A stretch of 8,645 bases of DNA, taken from the NCBI RefSeq assembly GCF_018420025.1, contig NZ_JAEDAM010000043.1:1-8645 (forward strand), given 5' to 3'. The DNA is from Candidatus Vampirococcus lugosii (lineage in GTDB: Bacteria; Patescibacteriota; Gracilibacteria; Absconditabacterales; Absconditicoccaceae). The position numbers and the translations under genes are program-made. This document shows, piece after piece, positions 6,197 through 8,645 of the stretch. The notes beneath the pieces were generated by a model that ran no database searches, was not told where the DNA came from, and saw nothing but the letters and a program-made list of their open reading frames with translations. Numbering within the stretch: position 1 is the first letter of the stretch; each line of letters opens with the position of its first letter.

Positions 6197-6916
6197 TCAA
6201 AAAAACCCTCTAAAAAAATATGAATGATAGATTTTATCTATATATTCTAATAAAATTTGAGGATTAATGTATGATTTTAGGTCGAATTTATATTTTATTA
6301 GTTCGTTAACTAATAAAATATTATGTGTTGATACACATAATTGATTATTTACTCTTTTGTTGTTAAAAAATTTTTTAATTGGTTTACTTATATTCCAATC
6401 ACCTGTTTTTCTAAAAACATCAATTAATTCAATCATATCACTTTCAATCATATTTACAACAATACGTGAAAGATTCACATTTATATTACCATCTCCCCAA
6501 ATTAGCCCCAATATATAAACTATTTCAGGTGTATTAAATTTTAAAAAGGTATTATAATTAACTTTATTTGAACGTAATTTAAATCCTCTCCTATTATTTT
6601 TTAATTTATGTTGAGTATCTGAATATTTAATATTTAATGAATTTGCTTTTTTAATAATATCAGATATTTCTCGATTTAATTCTTTTGCAACTAACTCTGA
6701 ACCATATGTTGAATAATTGGTTCTTAAAAAATCAATTTCATTAAGAGACCATTTATTACTTTGACCTAAAAATTTTCTATTAATCTTTAATTCCTTTACT
6801 TTAGAATAAATAGATTCTTTGGTTCTATCTAAATTAATAGAACAATACTCTCTACCATACAATGGATATTTTTCAATTAAGAAATTAATATCATCTTTAG
6901 TCCAAGTTTTTTTCAT
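6197..6916 (-). CDS. LAGLIDADG homing endonuclease, N-terminal fragment (two Myb/SANT-like HTH repeats plus the first LAGLIDADG motif)
   Basis: First motif YILGLIWGDGNI is at 6479-6517. There is a tandem repeat W-x-x-[DN]-[DE]-I-[ND]-F-L-x3-Y-x2-YG-x-E ... L-[DN]-R ... (residues ~5-46 and ~56-97). The fragment ends ...YHSYFFRGFF then TGA (6199-6197), half-way through the second motif. Confidence 0.85.
   Translation of the reverse strand: MKKTWTKDDINFLIEKYPLYGREYCSINLDRTKESIYSKVKELKINRKFLGQSNKWSLNEIDFLRTNYSTYGSELVAKELNREISDIIKKANSLNIKYSDTQHKLKNNRRGFKLRSNKVNYNTFLKFNTPEIVYILGLIWGDGNINVNLSRIVVNMIESDMIELIDVFRKTGDWNISKPIKKFFNNKRVNNQLCVSTHNILLVNELIKYKFDLKSYINPQILLEYIDKIYHSYFFRGFF
6199..6205. repeat. 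A7 (sense-strand T7) homopolymer at the homing-endonuclease frameshift point
   Basis: Counted directly: plus strand gcatc-aaaaaaa-ccctc. The sense strand reads AGA GGG TTT TTT TGA. Confidence 0.95.
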
Positions 6917-7787
6917 ATAATGCTTTTTTTATTGTTTCATATTCTTTGGCTTTTTCCAATTCACATCTGTCACCATAACCAATTTCAATCATTCTTTTAA
7001 AAAACGGTTCAAAATCTTTAGCATATTTAACTAATTCATCTAATATTGAACTATTATAATCTGGTGTTGAAGATGCAATGTTTTCAACTAATGATAACAT
7101 TGACGGTACAGATGAATTTATATATCTTAAAATTTCTCTCGCTCCTTTATTTATTATATATCGTGGTACATCATTTTTTTTAGCCCATTGAACAATTTGA
7201 TTCGGATAAACACCTACAAGTTTAAACATAATATCCCTATAATGTTTTATTATATTTCCTTGGTCTTTAGTAAAACCATAATTTTTCATGGCGATTGCTT
7301 TACTATTATTTCGTTGAACTTGGTGTTTTGTATTTTCCTGAACAGTATTTGGTGTTGTTGTTACTAAAAATGAATATCCGTATCGTAATAATTCTTCAAT
7401 TCTATCATTACACCAAATAGAAAAATCTGCAGATAACCATCTTGCAATTTCCAATGCTATGCCTTTGTGAACCCAAGTACCTTGTTGTTTATTTAAACCA
7501 CCTCTAACAACATTAACTGATTCTGGAAACATTTTCGCTAAGTTACTGAAATTCAACGACATCGGTATGTCGATGTCGTTGATACTCAATGACTTAGAAT
7601 TTCTTGTACAATATTTATATGTTATTTCTCTTCTGGTTGGGTCATCAAGAAAATGCCCGATGTTCTTACCAAACGGTTTAACCATATCAGTAACATTAAT
7701 CATTATGTTATTAATGTTATTTAAAAATGATACATCATATTTAACACCATTTTGAGAATATTTATATATTACAATATTATTTTTCAT
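6897..7787 (-). CDS. KilA-N domain protein with an uncharacterised C-terminal half
   Basis: YDVSFLNNINNIMINVTDMVKPFGKNIGHFL...VRGGLNKQQGTWVHKGIALEIARWLSADFSIWCNDRIEELL matches the KilA-N core (G-T-W-V-H ... A-x-W-L-S-x-x-F). The last 20 nt overlap the homing-endonuclease start. Confidence 0.85.
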   Translation of the reverse strand: MKNNIVIYKYSQNGVKYDVSFLNNINNIMINVTDMVKPFGKNIGHFLDDPTRREITYKYCTRNSKSLSINDIDIPMSLNFSNLAKMFPESVNVVRGGLNKQQGTWVHKGIALEIARWLSADFSIWCNDRIEELLRYGYSFLVTTTPNTVQENTKHQVQRNNSKAIAMKNYGFTKDQGNIIKHYRDIMFKLVGVYPNQIVQWAKKNDVPRYIINKGAREILRYINSSVPSMLSLVENIASSTPDYNSSILDELVKYAKDFEPFFKRMIEIGYGDRCELEKAKEYETIKKALYEKNLD

Positions 7788-7806
7788 ATAAAAAAATCTT
7801 ACAATT

Positions 7807-7820
7807 TTTGCAACTGCAAA
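7807..7820. promoter_or_regulatory. 14-bp palindrome TTTGCA-NN-TGCAAA in the 66-nt spacer upstream of the KilA-N gene
   Basis: Read directly (tttgcaactgcaaa). It is the only G/C-containing dyad in the largest spacer among the right-hand genes (7788-7853). Its function as operator, terminator or neither is not established. Confidence 0.3.
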
Positions 7821-7853
7821 CTTAACAAATTTAAACTAAATATACAAATTTAT

Positions 7854-8168
7854 TTACTGATTAATAATTGTTTCCATTATTGTCTCATAATCTTGTCTAA
7901 CTTTTGATAATGGAAATGGTATTCTAATTAAATCATTATCAACAATATCAAATTCACTAACATATTTAGAATTTGCTAATAAAATTAAAAAATCATAAAA
8001 TGGATTTCCATAATATTTTTGGCTTAATTTATCCAATCTACTAAATTCAGAATTCCATCTCTCATATTTATCAGTTGGATTAATGGGTAATTTAATAAAT
8101 GGCATCATGTTAGGTAAACCATTTTCTTGTCTTAATAAACTATATTTATCATAATCTTGTTTTGGCAT
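7854..8168 (-). CDS. LysM-like / phage tail protein X-like small protein
   Basis: SRLDKLSQKYYGNPFYDFLILLANSKYVSEFDIVDNDLIRIPFP resembles the LysM / Phage_tail_X pattern (D-x-[IL]-[AS]-x-x-YYG ... [IL]-x-x-AN ... L-x-IP). The assignment is by eye only. Confidence 0.5.
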   Translation of the reverse strand: MPKQDYDKYSLLRQENGLPNMMPFIKLPINPTDKYERWNSEFSRLDKLSQKYYGNPFYDFLILLANSKYVSEFDIVDNDLIRIPFPLSKVRQDYETIMETIINQ

Positions 8169-8214
8169 AATTGATATGTTGTGTTATAGTTCTGATGTAA
8201 AATTATTTATTTGT

Positions 8215-8624
8215 TTAATTATCATCATTATCATTATTATTATTAGATTCATTATCACCATCATTAACTCCATATTGTTTAGATTCAACAAACGATGGTG
8301 TTCTATATGTACCTTGATTAACATATGTTGAATTAGCATAATAATTAAAAGATAACGCATTTTGTAATGCATTAATTGGACCTCTTAATGATTGACCACC
8401 AATTATTTTTATTTGTAAACTAACATTAGCAATCATTGGTTGCATACCAAAACCTTCGGGATTCATATCCCAAGGTGAATCATCGTAATCAATAGTAAGA
8501 TTTTCAATAATTATTTTTGTATGAAAAAAATCACCAATTCTTAAAACACAAATTGGTTGACGACCAAAAACTGAATTTTTTGATCTAACAATACCATTTT
8601 CATCAACTTCTGGTTTTACATTCA
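8215..8624 (-). CDS. Partial (5'-truncated) protein, possibly a tail-tube/baseplate-type virion protein, with an Asn/Asp-rich tail
   Basis: The frame is open to the contig end. The 'start' in the track is a TTG created at the adapter junction, so the true N-terminus is missing. ...DYDDSPWDMNPEGFGMQPMIANVSLQIKIIGGQSL... recalls the C-terminal strands of tube-fold baseplate proteins, but my recollection is weak. Its neighbour is a LysM/tail-X-like gene. Confidence 0.35.
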
Positions 8625-8645
8625 AGATCGGAAGAGCAACACGTC
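8625..8645. other. Illumina TruSeq adapter remnant (non-biological sequence)
   Basis: AGATCGGAAGAGCAACACGTC versus adapter AGATCGGAAGAGCACACGTC...: 13-nt perfect prefix, then one extra A. It is 12/21 G+C in a far more AT-rich context, at the extreme contig end. Confidence 0.9.

Larger units (their letters stand above)
5923..6916 (-). mobile_element. Free-standing LAGLIDADG homing endonuclease gene, frameshifted (two ORF fragments)
   Basis: Fragments 6197..6916 and 5923..6183 join into one 330-aa double-motif enzyme if one T is removed from the T7 run (A7 on plus strand, 6199-6205). See the fragment entries. Confidence 0.85.

Noticed and set aside
5923-6205. Alternative genetic code (TGA = Trp) as an explanation for the two broken genes
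   Set aside because: Reading through TGA 6199-6197 gives only FFWCRW before TAA and does not restore DADG. Reading through TGA 5941-5939 hits TAA two codons further upstream. Trp is encoded by TGG throughout the window.
5923-6916. Homing endonuclease as part of a group I intron or intein
   Set aside because: It has its own ATG and stop and interrupts no host ORF, since the flanking KilA-N and GT genes are complete units. No G/C-rich structured RNA segments flank it.
7567-7755. Plus-strand 62-aa ORF
   Set aside because: It is antisense to the KilA-N domain coding region and is a shadow ORF.
7801-7808. Mimivirus-type early promoter AAAATTGA
   Set aside because: I found only a one-mismatch version (AAAATTGT on the sense strand), and I noticed no exact copy upstream of the other gene starts. 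This is not enough to call a giant-virus promoter.
8184-8372. Minus-strand 62-aa ORF (Met/Ile-rich)
   Set aside because: It is an alternative frame of the 3' end of the partial possible-structural gene and its ATY repeat, so it is a low-complexity artefact.
1-8645. tRNA, rRNA, CRISPR arrays and rho-independent terminators
   Set aside because: There is no G/C-rich stem-loop followed by a T-run, no cloverleaf-capable segment and no regularly spaced direct repeats of 24-40 nt. The spacers are too short and AT-rich.

Overview
This is a very AT-rich, gene-dense, virus-like contig fragment. Every credible gene is on the minus strand, spacers are tiny or negative (ATGA-type overlaps), and no Shine-Dalgarno motifs are visible. 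In gene order, right to left: (1) a 5'-truncated gene that may be virion-structural, then a LysM/tail-protein-X-like gene. (2) A KilA-N domain gene. (3) A free-standing double-motif LAGLIDADG homing endonuclease gene, broken by one extra base in a T7 run inside its second catalytic motif. (4) A tightly coupled five-gene island: four glycosyltransferase (GT) genes carrying at least five GT-type domains, plus a terminal ORFan. Its first gene has about 100 N-terminal codons missing from the ORF track, because an A9 tract right after the ATG puts the start out of frame. (5) A small acidic ORF translationally coupled to an IS607-family serine-recombinase tnpA, then an ATGA-coupled tnpB (RNA-guided nuclease family). 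The tnpB is absent from the ORF track because it runs off the left edge. The last 21 nt (8625-8645) are an Illumina adapter remnant, so the right end is an assembly artefact. All plus-strand ORFs in the track look like antisense shadows. I saw no tRNA, rRNA or CRISPR array. Family assignments come from motif recognition by eye; no searches were run. Tailed phage is favoured over giant virus, but this cannot be settled from the window alone.
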